A DNA stretch of 64,000 nucleotides from Ramazzottius varieornatus (Eukaryota > Animalia > Tardigrada), in assembly GCA_001949185.1 (NCBI GenBank), contig BDGG01000003.1, positions 1,462,725-1,526,724 of the forward strand, read 5' to 3'. Below, piece by piece: positions 13,298 to 26,889 of the stretch. Position 1 is the first letter of the stretch, and every line of letters begins with the position of its first letter. The translations under genes and the position numbers were made by a program. The notes below the pieces were generated by a model. That model saw only the letters and a list, made by a program, of their open reading frames with translations. It did no database searches and was not told the origin of the DNA.

Positions 13298-13687
13298 AGA
13301 TTTTTATGTAGTCTGATGTGTTGGTAAACTTGATATTGAATGTCTGCAAGGCTATTGATGTACCGTCTACCCTACGAGTTTTGCATTGACGACGACTGTA
13401 GTTTTTTACTGTAAGTCTTGATGGCTATTTTCTTGCTTTCTTAGCTGAAAACTCTTTTCTACCGAATTTTTGTCCCTTTAAGTAAATTGAATTGTACTAA
13501 GGCGAGCGCAACGTTGTAGTTTTCAGTTTATCGTGAAAGCAGAAGAAAGGGAAGCAGGAAGCTCCGAGCACCCAGAACGGCATAAGAACGTCTCCACTGT
13601 AATTTCCAATTACTATCACCGAGATACAGCATGTACGAGAAGAATATCAAGGCCTTTACTATAGATTCTCTCGAGAAGTTGAAGCTT

Positions 13688-16600
13688 CTAGCAGTTTGTT
13701 GTAGGAAGAGCTTGTACGAACAGCCACGCCAGCCACTGCGGGACCGGAGACTTGCAGTGCCACGGGACAGGAACCTGCGAAGGATTCTCGGGCAGCTTCA
13801 TTTCACCCTTGAAGGCTTCGGTAGTCACATCGAGTGCGACTGTAGTGGCTTCAGTTGCTTCAGAAGCTCCTGATGAAGAATCATCAGCTGCTGCCGTTGT
13901 CGAAGCTGCATCGGATGAGTCGCTTCCAGCGGTGGTACTTCCTCCTTCCGAGGTGGCGGTAGTATCTTCATTGGAGGGAGTCGTGGCCGATGGTCCTGTT
14001 GTGGGTGCGTTCGATGATTCCGATTGAGTCGTCTCAGAGGCCACACTGGGGGTGGAAGAGCTTTCTGGCGTGGAGACGTCGGTAGTTAAAGCGTTTGGTG
14101 TCGTGGCACCTGATGGGCCGTTGGTGGATTGCTGTGAGACGGCATCGGAGCTCGAGGAAGCAGCGGTGGTGGAGACCGATCCTTCAGGTGTCGCTGAGAC
14201 GGAGCCTTGGGTCGGTGAGACCGGTGCGTCGTTGGCAATTTCAGGTTGGAACGTTGGTCTGACTTCTTGGCTGCTTGGTTCAGGTGTTCCCTGGGTGCTT
14301 GGGGAAGAAGCGTCCTGAGACGAAGGTGTGGTAGCTGAGCTGGCGCCAGTCGAGTCGCTGCTTGACTTGGTCGTCTCGTCTGCGGACGGAGCAGAGGATG
14401 CTGCTGTCTGAGAGTGGGGAGCTGGTTCACCGAGTGCACTGTCAGGAGTGGGTTGAGGTAGATCACCGACCGGGAGAGCATCCACTGCGTCAAGACCGAG
14501 CGGTTTTTCGGTGGTACCAGCACTGGACGGGCCAGCGGTGGAAGCAGCATCGCTCGAAGGTGACTTGGAGGTGGGTGCATTGTTTTCTGGCTTGGCGGGG
14601 TCGGCTTCAGAGTTGAGGACGGCGCTTGGTGGTTTCGTTGTGGTCTCGGAAGCAGATTCGGTTGTCTCAGCTGCGTTAGACGAAGCGCTCGAAGCTCCAG
14701 TGGTGCCAGAAGAGGCACTGGCCGTTGTGGCATCAGATTTAGAGGAAGCGCTGGTGGCGTCTGGTGATCCACTGGACGAGTCAGATGAGGAAGATGTGGT
14801 TCCATCAGAAGCAGACCCGCTGGTGGCATCAGACGAGGAATCAGAAGCGGCGGTGGTTCCGGAAGAAGACGAATGAGACGGGGAGGAAGAAGCATCTGAC
14901 GGGGAATTGGTAGAACTTTCAGACGAAGAAGCAGTGGTAACATCAGAGGAAGAGTCACTCGCGGCAGAAGCAGCTTCAGAGGACGAGCCAGCGGTCGTAG
15001 AGCTGGAAGGGGAGTCGGACGAGCCGGAAGTGGCATCGGATGACGAAGCAGTAGTGGCGGCCTCCGAAGGAGCGCCGGATGAGACGTGGGAGGACGATCC
15101 GCTGGTAACCGAAGCAGTGGAAGATTCCGAAGACGCTTCGGTACTACCACCGGAAGGTGAGCCGCTTGAAGCATTCGAAGACGATTCGGTGGCAGCATGA
15201 GTCGTATCTTGTGGTGTGGTGTCGCTTGACGCTCCGCTGGAGGCTCCCGTGGTTTCGCCACTGGACGCTCTGGTGGCGGAGTCACTGGTGGCATCACTTG
15301 CCTTAGCCTCGGTGGTTGCCTCTGTCGTTGTCTCAGTTGTGGCTTGGGTAGAAGCTTCGGTGGTCGGTTCGGTGGTGGCCTTGGTGGTAGCTTCGGTGGT
15401 CGGTTCGGTGGCGGCCTTGGTGGCAGCTTCGGTATTCGGTTCGGTGGTGGCCTTGGTGGAAGCTTCGGTGGTCGGTTCAGTGGTGGCCTTGGTGGCAGCT
15501 TCGGTGGTCGCTTCGGTTGACGCTTCGGTGGCGGCCTTAATGGCAGCTTCGGTATTCGGTTCGGTGGTGGCCTTGGTGGTAGCTTCGGTAGTCGCTTCGG
15601 TCGACGCTTCGGTGGCGGCCTTGGTGGCAGCTTCGGTATTCGGTTCGGTGGTGGCCTTGGTGGTAGCTTCGGTGGTCGGTTCGGTGGTGGCCTTGGTGGT
15701 AGCTTCGGTAGTCGCTTCGGTTGACGCTTCGGTGGTGGCCTTGGTGGAAGCTTCGGTGGTCGGTTCAGTGGTGGCCTTGGTGGCAGCTTCGGTGGTCGCT
15801 TCGGTGGTGGCCGGGGTGGTCTTTTCGGTTGTGTGTTCAGTCGTGGTGGATGTGGTGGTAGTTAAAGTCGTGGCCTTTGGAGTCGTGGCCTTTGGAGTCG
15901 TGGCCTTTGGAGTCTTGGCCTTTGCTGTAGTCTTCGTGGTTGTTGTTGGGGTTGTTTTGCTCGGGGTGGTGGCTGTTGTTGTGGTGGTGATCGGCGCAGC
16001 ACTTGTGGCTGGGGGCTTCATATCCTCGCACTTGGGAGCTGCAAAAATCACGGTTCATAGGGGAACAGTTCACGTTATCGATGATGAAAGCCAGGGAGCG
16101 TGGTTGAAGCCTTACTTGCTGGACATTTGGATACGGGGCACTGGTACATGGTACTGAGCTCCTTACAGTCCGAGTTACTCAGCTGCTCCATCTTCGGGAC
16201 GAAGAAAGGTTTCGCCTTGACGGTGAACGACTTTTGGCCACTGGTCGCATAGTCGGATTCCAAGGCGTGGGCAATGGAGCACAGGTCGTAGGTCGGACTT
16301 TTCGGAGCCTCTTCCGGTGTATATTTGGCGAAAGCCTCAGCCATTCCTGAAAGAAGCTATACTTGATCGTAATTGTAACCTCAGAAAAGTAAAATGTTAA
16401 TAGAAGATTCTTTGAGAATCCGTTTTAACGAATTGCACGGAAGTGTACCGCGGAAATGTTTGGTGGAAGTTCTGGGATAAGGAGAATGGTTTTCCTGTTT
16501 GATTTACCTGGTTCGAGGCCTGCTTGGTTGACAGAGACGTATTGGTCTCGGTCTGGACGTCGGTGAGGTGACTTCATACCAGCAGCGATCGACAAGAACC

Positions 16601-17254
16601 TCATGATATTGCGCAAGGATCCGCCATCTTCCAAACAGCCCTTGGGCCCACCAGTAATGGTCAGTTTCTGCTCCGTGCGCTTCAAGTCCAGGTTGGTCTT
16701 CCATACTCCCGGGTACGCTGAGCACCGATCGGCTTTCGTGCTGGAATATGTTCAGTGGGATGAGCGAAATTCTTGTACTCCATCTTTTTAGACTTCTTCA
16801 CTGTAAAATACACTTACTTATCAGCCTTGAAGGGAGTAATTTGCAGCTTGAACTGGGGATCGCTTGCCGGCACAGCCTTGAACCTGATACAACCGCCACT
16901 TCCCTGTTCAACTTTGACCATGGCTGCCTTGATTATCTCTTGTTTGTCGACAGCTGGGGTTGAACAAACTAAGCTTTAGAAAATACTTTCGACAGTAACA
17001 TATCGAATTCATGAGGTACTTACGGTAGCTGGGATGCAGGTAGTAAGGAATAACCTTTCCAGGCCATGGCACGAATGTTGGCGCAACCGCGCGTTTTTGT
17101 CTGTCCACAGGGGCACCTGAAACACAAACCTTTTCGATGTTATATTTTCCAGTAAATACAACAGGACAGCAAAGTAAAATGCTGGGTGCTTTTCCATACC
17201 GTTGACCAGAGCAAGCAAGGCCACGAGGGCGGAAAGAACAGCAACAGGGGCCAT
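13688..17254 (-). CDS. Secreted astacin-like (peptidase M12A fold) protein with degenerate zinc motif and ~780-aa Thr/Ser/Ala/Glu mucin-like tail
   Basis: Signal peptide MAPVAVLSALVALLAL; RQKR then WPGKVIPY; CIRF; IMRFLSIAAGMKSPHRRPDRD; YDLCSIAH; LS.SD..EL..MY.C; splices in phase into ORF 13688-16051. Confidence 0.85.
15305..15925 (-). repeat. Coding tandem repeats (12/24-nt units encoding TTEA/TTKA/TTEP; 15-nt units encoding KATTP)
   Basis: Repeated GGTGGTGGCCTT / GGTGGTAGCTTC / GGTGGTCGGTTC units on the + strand. Confidence 0.9.
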
Positions 17255-17922
17255 GTTTTCACAGACAGGTCTACACAACTGTAACCTGGGAATCAAGCCG
17301 CGAGAAATACACGACAACACCGAATGTGGCTTCCGGCTGAACAGGCTGCTAGACTTTATGCATTGAACGTGCTTTCCCTTTGTTTTGGGACGTGGACTGA
17401 ACGGTGGTCAGCAATTTTTCCACTGAAAGTCAACGAAAAGTGAAGCTTGCTGAAGGGACAAAACGTGAGGAACACGTTCAGTACTTGAACCGATTTTCCG
17501 TCGTCTGAGCTAGGAAGAAGCACGCCTTCATCGGGAAGTCGTGCTCTTTCATCGGAAAGCCCCAGGCGGCGTTGGACGAACGCAGAATAGAAACTTTCAC
17601 TCAGCTTTGGGTTCGCTGATCAGGGAAGAATCTCGACTGACACTCGAAATATACCCGAAGCCTGTCATCATATATGGTCTACACATCGGTATGCGCTTTC
17701 AAGCACGCATACAGTGCAGCATATTTGATTCCGATTATCAGTTCGGGAAAAAAGTAGTTCCTTTTTTGTACTTCGTGTTTATTACAGTTTAAATACCGCT
17801 GTAGGGAACTCAGTGAAGTAACTCTGGCACAACAAAGCACCAAGGCTGAAACGCATAATATAGTACCGCGATCGTTATAGTTAATAGTCTGCTGTGAAAA
17901 CACCGTAGCTCGTAACACCATA

Positions 17923-18104
17923 CACGGACGACGACAAATTATGGGCCAGGCGGGAAAGACCGCATAATATTGGGAATTTAACCGTAGAAAAGAGTCGAAA
18001 AGTGTGTCAGGGTGAACCGGGCGTCTGCCTACGTGCTTCCGTACCGCCGCATTGAAAAGGCCCGGTCCATAATTTTACTGGTCCATAATGTCTCGTCCAG
18101 CTTG
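17923..18104. mobile_element. Short, diverged family C MITE
   Basis: TA-CACGGACG..AATTATGGGCCAGG start; ends GGTCCATAAT...TG-TA; similar to the ends of 4247-4825. Confidence 0.6.
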
Positions 18105-18365
18105 TACATCATTTCGTAACAATTTGTTTCTCGTTTTGATTTGGCTTACAGTAGAGCTCGACTTAACTTGATTTATACTGCGCTCAGTCGTCTGTAACAG
18201 GGTCTTGTGTAAAATATACAGATCACTGGTAGAAGAAGAATAGTCCATATGCATCCACGAAATATAAACGAGCGTTGGATTTGGTATCTCTAGAAGGGAA
18301 ACCGCAAGTTTAATATCTTTTGACTCTTGATGACGATCGTGAAGGCGGGGTGGTTCATGTCGCTT

Positions 18366-19664
18366 CTAACGAGCGGCCACCGCCGGTGTTGCTGCGTCAC
18401 AATCAGCTGCAACAGACAAAACTGGGCTGTCGATCATCAGACGGTCATTTCGGGAATCGACAGCTGAAAGTTGTGCATACTTATCATGCAAATGTCGGAA
18501 TTGCACTTATACAGTTCGGCGATTTCTCGACAGTCGCAGCCACTGAGTTCTTCCTTCTTGGGAATAGTGAACGGGAATTTCTTGACGGTGAAGGTCTTTG
18601 TACCAGGAAGAGCGAACTCTTCTGGCTGGATATGCGTGATGGAGCCTGAAAAGTGGATGCAAACTTTGTCGTAACTAGCATAAAACGGCACGAAAGTTAT
18701 CGGAAACCTTACAGTAATCGTAGTCACATAGATTGAGGGTGGACTCTTTCGGGTGCAGTCGGAATGCAATCTCCATGCCAGGTTGTATGTTAGCCTTGTT
18801 CACCGAAATGTATTGGTCGCGGTCTGAGTGCTGATGCTGGTTTCGCATTCCTGAAAAGCAAATCGAATTACTGTACCTGGAAGATACGGGAGCGGTCTCA
18901 TTCAGCCATCAGTTACCTGTAATGTGGGTGAACATCTTCATGAGCGAATGAATAGAACCATCTGTGCCGAAGCACCCCGTTTCTCCTTGTGCGATGACCA
19001 GACGCTGCTCTTTGCTTTTCTGAGCCATGAGAGACTTCAAAATTCCAGGATGCGACGAACAATACTTTTCCTTGGTGACGCTGAAACGGAAAAAATTTCA
19101 TCCAAGTAATCGCCAACAGTAAGCGCAAGGTTACTCACCCGTCGATTTTGAAGGGCGTAACTCGAATCTTGAACTTTGGAGACCCAGGCATCACTTCCTC
19201 GTATCTGATGCAGTCCTGGACGTCGCTTTGAATCTTAGCCATGGCTTTTCGCATCATTGCTTTTTCTTGATCGCCTAAAATAGATTTCCGTTACGCACTT
19301 GTGCTCCTCTTCGTTCGAGATCGAAGTTTGAAAGTACGGAAGAGATCATTACTGTAGATCGGCTCGAAGTAATAAGGAATGACTTTGTTAGGCCATGACC
19401 AGTAGATGTGCCGTCCGCTTGGTGGCGGTTCTCGAGGACCAGCGGCTGCAGCCCCACTTCCCAAAACTACCCGTCGCTGCGGCTGCCGAGTCCCGACGCT
19501 ACGTTCCCGTAAGGCTGTTAGAAAGTCTTGTTGACCTGCAAAGAAAATTTCTGTTGTGAGCAAATAACTTTTCCTGGAATTGTTCGTGATCTTATCACAT
19601 GCTTACCGAATGCCAAGCCGAAAAGGCATACCAAAACCACAGCAAAACAGCCGGGATACGCCAT
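18366..19664 (-). CDS. Secreted astacin-like protein, tandem paralogue without mucin tail, degenerate zinc motif
   Basis: Signal peptide MAYPGCFAVVLVCLFGLAFG; WPNKVIPY; CIRY; LMKMFTHIT|GMRNQHQHSDRD; YDYC|SITH; LSGCDCREIAELYKC; final exon TDCDAATPAVAAR*. Confidence 0.85.
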
Positions 19665-20161
19665 GGCTGACCTCAACAGCAGACGATTGGGGATCAGAGT
19701 TTGGTGCGGACACGAATATGTTCGACTGCGGACTACCAGAGGTTTAGAACTACAACAGACACCTTTTACTAACGAGACAGTTGGTACTCAACGGCATTTT
19801 AGAAAAAAGCACGGTTTGCTGACGAATTGACACGTTAGCATAAAAACCGCTGCGCATCAGTGTGGGTTCCCAGAAAAACAATTATTAATACAATATATCG
19901 ACGAGGAAATAGATTTGAAACTCGCAGGTTAGCGTTCCGTTGCTTTTACTCTCCACAGAATTCCCCGCTGATAAGCTACAGATGTACAACCCAAGCGTGA
20001 GCAATTTATGATCCGTGAAAATCCCATTATCGAAGCAATCGAGTTAGCCAGTTAGCCATAACGGTTTGGTTTTAGAGTCACATCCCGTTCAACATTAGCC
20101 CGGGCAAAAGCCAAAAATACATGTACAGAAATCAAAAATGAGCAGCACCACATGTACAGTA

Positions 20162-20360
20162 CCCGTTCGATCAGAAATTATGAGACAGGCGTTTTCGGCG
20201 AAAGTTTTTCGCCATGGTGGTACGAAAGCACGTACTTACACGGCTCCCTCACTTCAATATGAATGCACTTTTCGACGCTTCTGTACGTTTGTTTTTCCAT
20301 TTTGCCGTCCTTTCCGCCTGTCCCATAATTTTTATTGTTATTTCTATTTGCTCATACGTG
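20162..20360. mobile_element. Diverged family C MITE
   Basis: AAATTATGAGACAGGC ... CCGCCTGTCCCATAATTTTT inverted termini, ends CGTG-TA; boundaries approximate. Confidence 0.5.
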
Positions 20361-21934
20361 TACGGGAAGATACATAAACTGGACAAAAGATAACCCGCCT
20401 TTTCCACGGCTAGCACCGTCGTTCCAAAAGCTGATGTCGCTTCCGGCTGCAAGAGAGCGAATACATACGTGCAGGCCTGTACCAACTGGACCTATATATG
20501 TCAACACAGCCACGTAAACCCACTCGGAATCTGGAGGGACGACCCGCTCGCTCAACAGTTTTGATCCTTCTGTCGACAAAATGTATCTAGTAACGGGATT
20601 GATTAATACCGTTAACGAATTCGCTGGACATTCTGCGTCTAAGCTGGGCGGGAGACCCTTACGAACCAGGTTACCAACCGTCAAAAGAGTCTGGATATCT
20701 TTATTGGAAAGACAATACTCTGTTCTCAAAACGCGTGAAGATAGCAAAACCTAAAAACAAACAACTAAGTTAGATGTTTGTTGGTTTCAGTCATACACGT
20801 ATAACAGACGAGAAAGATTAAATTTCTGCTCTCTTCTGCGTACACGTGAACTATAAAATCTTCAGTCCGAACGACTCGTGTCTTTGTTCAATATCAGATT
20901 ACAAACAATTCTGCAAGCTGACTACCGCAAAGGTGCAGCGAAATAGTCGCTTGCTGTAGTGATACAGCCAGGTTTCCTCATCGCTTGCGTATAGATTAGT
21001 GCTCCTCGCGACGAGCTGTTTATGTCGCAAACGGTTGATTTAAAATTTGACTTTGCTTGAGCAACGGAAATTAGTCGTGAGTGAGGCGTTTTTCCAAAGT
21101 CTCGGAAACGGGAGCGGAAATGCGCAGGTTTTGCGGGCTAGGTTTGTAGGCAAACTTTGCCTCTTGACTAGGCTGAACTTCATGATTTTCATGGTTTTCT
21201 CTCTGGCTAGTCTCTGTCTGACGATATCCCCGACACTAATAGCAATCAAGAAGCCCATACGCCAACGGCATCTCGCAACGTGAAGCACTGTGCAGACAGA
21301 GATCAGCTGAGAAATGGAAATTTGAAATTTTGAGTCAAGTATGCAGAGAATAATCCGTTCTCGCTTTCAAGATAAGCTACTCGAGGGCTGCTTATCTTGA
21401 AAGCGAGACTTCGTAATCCACGTTCAAGATCAACACAATCAACGGAGTTTTACGGCCTGTCGTGAGGAGGACTATTATTATACCGTCTTCTTACCCTATT
21501 GTTTTTGGTTTCATGCATGACTGTAGGTAGTTTCCTTACGTTTCACAAGCTGACTTCCGACCGGATGCTGTCCTCATTCGAAATTACAATACCTTCCTGA
21601 TCTCGCCTTGGATCAAAATAATTCTGCTTGGGTCAGCTAACGAACGTAATGCCAAGAACACGGAATCAAAATCACGGCCGCTGTTCAGTGACCGCGCAAT
21701 AATAGCTTTCGCCGTTTCTACAAGTAAGGTCGCGGTTCGATACTTAAACTTTTCGTAGCATGTTCGGTGTCCTCAGTTTAGCTGTGCTTTATATTGCATT
21801 GGGCCTTTGCGCAATTCCAAGTGCCAGTTCTACTGCAATCTCTGTGCACAAGCAAACTTTTCAAGCCACAAACAATTCGTGATGTACACGCACAGGAAAT
21901 TATGGACCAGTTAAGATATCTGATAAGCGTTTAA

Positions 21935-22564
21935 CAGCGCTGGCAAAAATACGATAAAATTCGATACGATATTTTCCGATACAATATCGGCGGATATTTT
22001 ATTGCTGTGTTCGATATTCAACCGATATCGATATTTCGACATGATATTTTTCCGTTACCGTATTTTCGATATATCGTATCATCGCAGCGATATATCGATA
22101 TTTCGGGAATTTTATTTTTTCGGAATTCCACTGGTTCAAGCCGAAAAACTCAAGAAGTCGGTTTTCACATAAAGTATTAGTAAGATCGAAAGCGTCGGAT
22201 GCAGCAAAGACATGACTATACCAAGACTTCAAACACGTGGAAACCTGGACAGAGTTAGCACCAGAACCGAATGGGCGGAGTGTGCTCGGTACACCATGGC
22301 CTAAATCAAGCCTTCAAAATCAACCATGGTCTTCCGTAAGCGAGATATCACTGGCGAGTTTGCCATCCAACAAAATACCGATATATCGATAATATATCGA
22401 TAATATATCGATATGGCGCGGTGCGATATCGCCGAATATTTTACTGCGTTATTCGATATTAGCTTCATATCAATATTTTCGATACGATATCTGTCGCATA
22501 TTTTATCGCACAGATTCGATATATTTCGATACGATATCGATATACCGTATCGCTGCCAGCACTA
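21935..22564. mobile_element. hAT MITE family B, intact copy
   Basis: TIR CAGCGCTGGCA / TGCCAGCACTA; TSD GCGTTTAA/GCGTTTGA (7/8). Confidence 0.9.
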
Positions 22565-22902
22565 GCGTTTGAGATATTTGATTAGGGTCTGGCTATCGTC
22601 ACCCCCTGAAACAAATTTGTGGGAAGATCATCCGAAATCCAAAAACGCTATTGACACCTACCGCACCCAAAATATACGTTACTTTATTTGCAAAGTTCTA
22701 ACGAGTGAATGTGGCAACAGCATCGTCAGAGGCGACTCTTGGCCTTCCACCTGGGTGTGAAACTGAGTTAGACTGGAAGCCCTATTCTGACGAGTCTCCG
22801 AGCCACGATATTGCTCAAATAACATTGGGCATTAGTCCTGATCTGCAGCAGAGCATTCTGGGTTCACTGCGGGTTCATCCGGGTTCTAATGAGTATACCA
22901 TG

Positions 22903-23760
22903 TAGTGATATTTTAATATAGTGATATTTTATTAAAGTAGATGATAGTAGATGGTTTCAGGGTCTATAACATTTAGTAATATTTGGTGAACAGAACTGGA
23001 CACCGGAACCCGATATGAACATTTTAGTAGTTTGAAACTAGGGTCCAATATTTTATTATTATTAACATGTTTATCACTTGTATTAAAATATATTTTATTA
23101 CCCGTAACACTACCGCTGATTCATAGAACCTGTTGGTTTCCTAAATTCTAATGCGTGTGCCCTGGTTAATGGTTATGCGGCGACGATCTATAGCTATAGG
23201 AAAATCCAGCGCACTATAGTGGCTGCACAGTCTCGCTCTGAGTCGCTAGCACATCTGACGTCAAGAACGTGATTCCCACAGTGCGCACATGCTCTCTTAC
23301 ATTGCGCAGTGTGCGCTCCGCCCCATTTCAGAAAAGACTGTGAGACTGTGCGACTGCCTTTTCGTATAGCTACAGTACGACCACGCCTCACAAAGTGCAC
23401 CAGATCCTAATGATGCTACCACACCAGCACGGAATGGCTAATGCAGATGCATACGCGGTTACCATGCACCTAGACATAGCGCGACACACTAAACCGCCAT
23501 GTTGTAGAGTGCGGGTGCACAGTGCAAGCTGTAGTACAGGCATTGATACTGTTTACGGCAAAATATGTTATTTGTCCTCTAGCTTGACACAGAGCCCCGG
23601 ACCGCCGCCGCGAGCAAAACCTACAGTTTTAAACCTACAGTGTTTTTCTAAACATTTATGATTCTTCGAGTAAATATTCGGTAGGGCTTCTGCTGGCACA
23701 GATGCCTCGGATACCTTGTGCTAAGGTCTACTGGTGAGCTCTCCGTTATCAAATGGTATT
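22903..23760. mobile_element. Diverged, longer relative of MITE family A
   Basis: TAGTGATA..AAAGTAGATGATAGTAGATGGTTTCAGG and GTGCAAGCTGTAGTACAG match 9317-9989; right end uncertain. Confidence 0.7.
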
Positions 23761-23810
23761 ACCATGCATAAACCATACATGGACCCGTTATGTGATATTC
23801 ATGTCCCATA

Positions 23811-23870
23811 CTGTAGACACACGGTTATCGGCGGCCCAATTTGGGGCCACCGACACCCCTGTGTCTACAG
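23811..23870. repeat. 60-bp palindrome flanked by TA (mini-MITE or solo TIR pair)
   Basis: TA-CTGTAGACACACGG...CCCTGTGTCTACAG-TA. Confidence 0.7.
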
Positions 23871-24251
23871 TATTTCTGACGTCGAATGAGCCTTTTCTGA
23901 CATGAAATTCTTAAGAATATTTAATGCTATCAGATGCTAAGCTCATCACGTTTCGCCATGGTTTGAAAGTTCAAAAAAGCCGTTCCGCCCTTTCTGAAAG
24001 ATGTTCTCGAAAATTACAGGGGTGAATCTAGCCGATAGACCCGCACATGGGGGTTTGATGTTGAAACGGATGCATGTGCCTTTTTAACCTGCATCGTCTC
24101 ATTCCGACGTAAAAACTTTACAGTCCGAAAACAGAATCCCTTGAGATGTTCCCACCACAGCCGTCTGACCACTGGTCAGACCGCCAGGCAGACCTCGGAT
24201 TCCTGGTCCTCGATGTTTGATACATCGGACCGCGTCGTCACCTTAGCTTTG

Positions 24252-24748
24252 ACCCTTATGCAGTGATTCCACTTCATCACGGAGAACCATTACGGACCTC
24301 CGTCAGGAGCTCCGTAATGAGTGATTCTACTTTCGATCATTTCGAGTCGGTTATAACCTTTTATGACTGGAGAAGTGGAATCACTCATTTCGGAGCTGTT
24401 GACGGAAGTCCGTGATAGCTTCTCGTAGTGACTTCAATATGACTTTACGTAAATAAAGAAAAGTGCGAAATGCACCGCGTCCGACATGAGCGATAACGCG
24501 ACACAACATTCGGTTGATTGAAATATATGATATACATGTAGAACTTTCGACAAGAAATTACGACAGTTACGAGGTAAATTCTATTTCCTCGTTCCAGCCA
24601 GTAATCAGAAATACGCGATGGGTCCGGAAATTGCTCCTCTGCCGAGATGACGTTTTCCGTGATGGTTTTTTCCAGTTATGGTAATGGAAAATTTTCGTAA
24701 AGAGCAAAAACGCGCCAGTTACGAGAAGTGGAATCGCTGCATTAGGGT
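24252..24748. mobile_element. TIR element with an internal second inverted repeat, unclassified MITE
   Basis: ACCCTTATGCAGTGATTCCACTTC ... GAAGTGGAATCGCTGCATTAGGGT; no clear TSD. Confidence 0.65.
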
Positions 24749-26889
24749 GCCAAAACTCTAAACTTCAATTTTGTACAATTAGGTCGGTGAACGAGTTTAC
24801 CCAATCCCAGTCGGACTTGACTCTCGGTGCACCCAAAATGCTCTGCATCACACCAAGACCGATCCCCAATGTTATTCGGGCAAGATCATGGCTCGGAGGC
24901 TCGTCAGAACAGGAGAGGTATAAATGTGCACACACTGGGTGCACCCAATGTACACATGGGAACGAATGAAATGTACATTGAAGTTGAGAGAGAATGCGTT
25001 ATTGTTTCCTAAAACAGCTTCCACTGCATTAGGGATGGCATGAAGGCCATGGTCATGTCCGTTCGATTCGTGCTGAATCGTGGGATGAGACGCGGTTACC
25101 TACTTGAGTCGTTGTCATGGAGTAAGACATTGTAATCGTCGGAGAGAAAAGTGGGTTTCATCAGTCTTTTTTTGCATAAGGATGATTAGTTTCTAATTGT
25201 AGTGGGTGACAATAGCTCCAGTGGGTTCTAGTAATTAATTAACACTTCTAATACCACCGTCCTCGTCGTGTACACAATACCTCACAAAAAATGTAGAACA
25301 CAGAGGTCAATTTCCTCTACCGAAACCAAGCCTGCGAAAAGTCTAGATATCCGCGTTACGGTCAAAAACTAAATCAAAATGGCCGAGCGTACTTTTTAAA
25401 GTTAGACTTCACGGCCTGCTAACCTTCCGGATTTTGAAATTTTGAAAACTGCCCATTGACTGAGCCAGCCTCCGACTAAAACGTCCGGCCGATCAAAACT
25501 CTGTATACGCCATGAGCACGGTAATATTCAGCACGAAAACCTTAGTACTCTTAGTGTTAAGGTGGGTGATACAGTAATAAACCTCACTTCTTTAGTGCGT
25601 CACAGGCAGAGCCGCCTATTAAAGCACGTGCGAAGAGCGTCAAAGTTTTTCTGGAGACTCGAACAAAAGTAGAAAAATGCCAAAGATGGCGCTCGAGAGC
25701 ACGGCCAGTTGTCACATGACTGTGATGACGCATACGTTTGCCATTCACAAACCTACTAGCACGTTTCAGCGTGTCGAAACCCGCTTTGTGACGTACTGAA
25801 GAAGTGAGTATCATCACTGTAATAGCTTTTGGGTGTTACTGGGTGGCTATTGCCATTTCAATTTAATTATGTTGGACGTACAGTATGAAATTATTGCATG
25901 CTCACCAGTGAAAATTTCATGTGGTCGTTGCTACCTATAAGGGATTTACACCTGTCAATCCACTTTGATTCTAGAACCGGTAACGCAAAAAGATAGAGGA
26001 GACTCTGATCTATAGGCTGAGATTGACTGAATCGGCGAAACTAATTCTTGGACGTCCGGGCAAATTTCGGGAACAGGGGAGTAACTGTCGTACAGATTTG
26101 TCCCGATGACGTAATCAAAGCTCTCTGACGTAATGAACTTTGAATTGGAATTATTAATCGCAAGGCGGCCATCTGATCGGCGCGATGCCACTGCAAGATG
26201 GCACTCACTCAGCTTCAAGAACTTTGTGGTGAGCTGTTAAAACCACCGCGAAATCAGGTCCGATGAGACGTTCATCCCTCCTTCCCAATCAAAAGTTTCA
26301 ATCAAAAGACATTGCGTCGTCGGATCAGACTCAGCGATGCCCGCTACGGTTTGGAAACTGTAAGGTTGTAAATTCCAAGCCGAATGCGCTTGGAATGGAA
26401 AATAGGAGAGGAATTCCTAATACTCCTGTATTGCTATTTCCTTCTCCAGAAGGTCCTCGCAAAAATCTAGAATTCCAAACTCCCATTTGCCAGTTTAGTT
26501 CTTTTTACATACCCATCTAAAATAGTAAACATGATATGAAGTCATCAACAAATATTGGATTTGAGACTGAAAAATAGCCAACGCTGCGGGATCTGGCTGC
26601 AGAAATTTGAGTCTGAGTGGGCTTGAAACTGGCTTTGCGTTGTCATGCTGTGTTTCTTGAGAAACGCTCAAGTCAGCGGACACCAGATCAAAGTCTTGCC
26701 GTATCGGAAAGCTGGCTCGTGGCGTTATCCTGCCGATATCTTACATAAAGGTAGAAATCTGTGAAACTGTGTCCACCAAGCAAAACTGTTCATAGCTTAA
26801 GCCAGTATTTAAACCGTGCCTCCTGAAATTTGCTTCCTCATCCCATCGACTTGCAGCTTAGACCCTAGTCAGTTCTTTCCTGAGTCGCA

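Noticed and set aside
15305-15815. CRISPR-like regular repeat array
   Set aside because: No unique spacers, it is a coding tandem repeat, and the context is eukaryotic with no cas genes
15216-16157. 313-aa Val/Ala/Ser hydrophobic ORF on + and other overlapping ORFs such as 14086-15297
   Set aside because: Antisense and alternate-frame shadows of the mucin repeat
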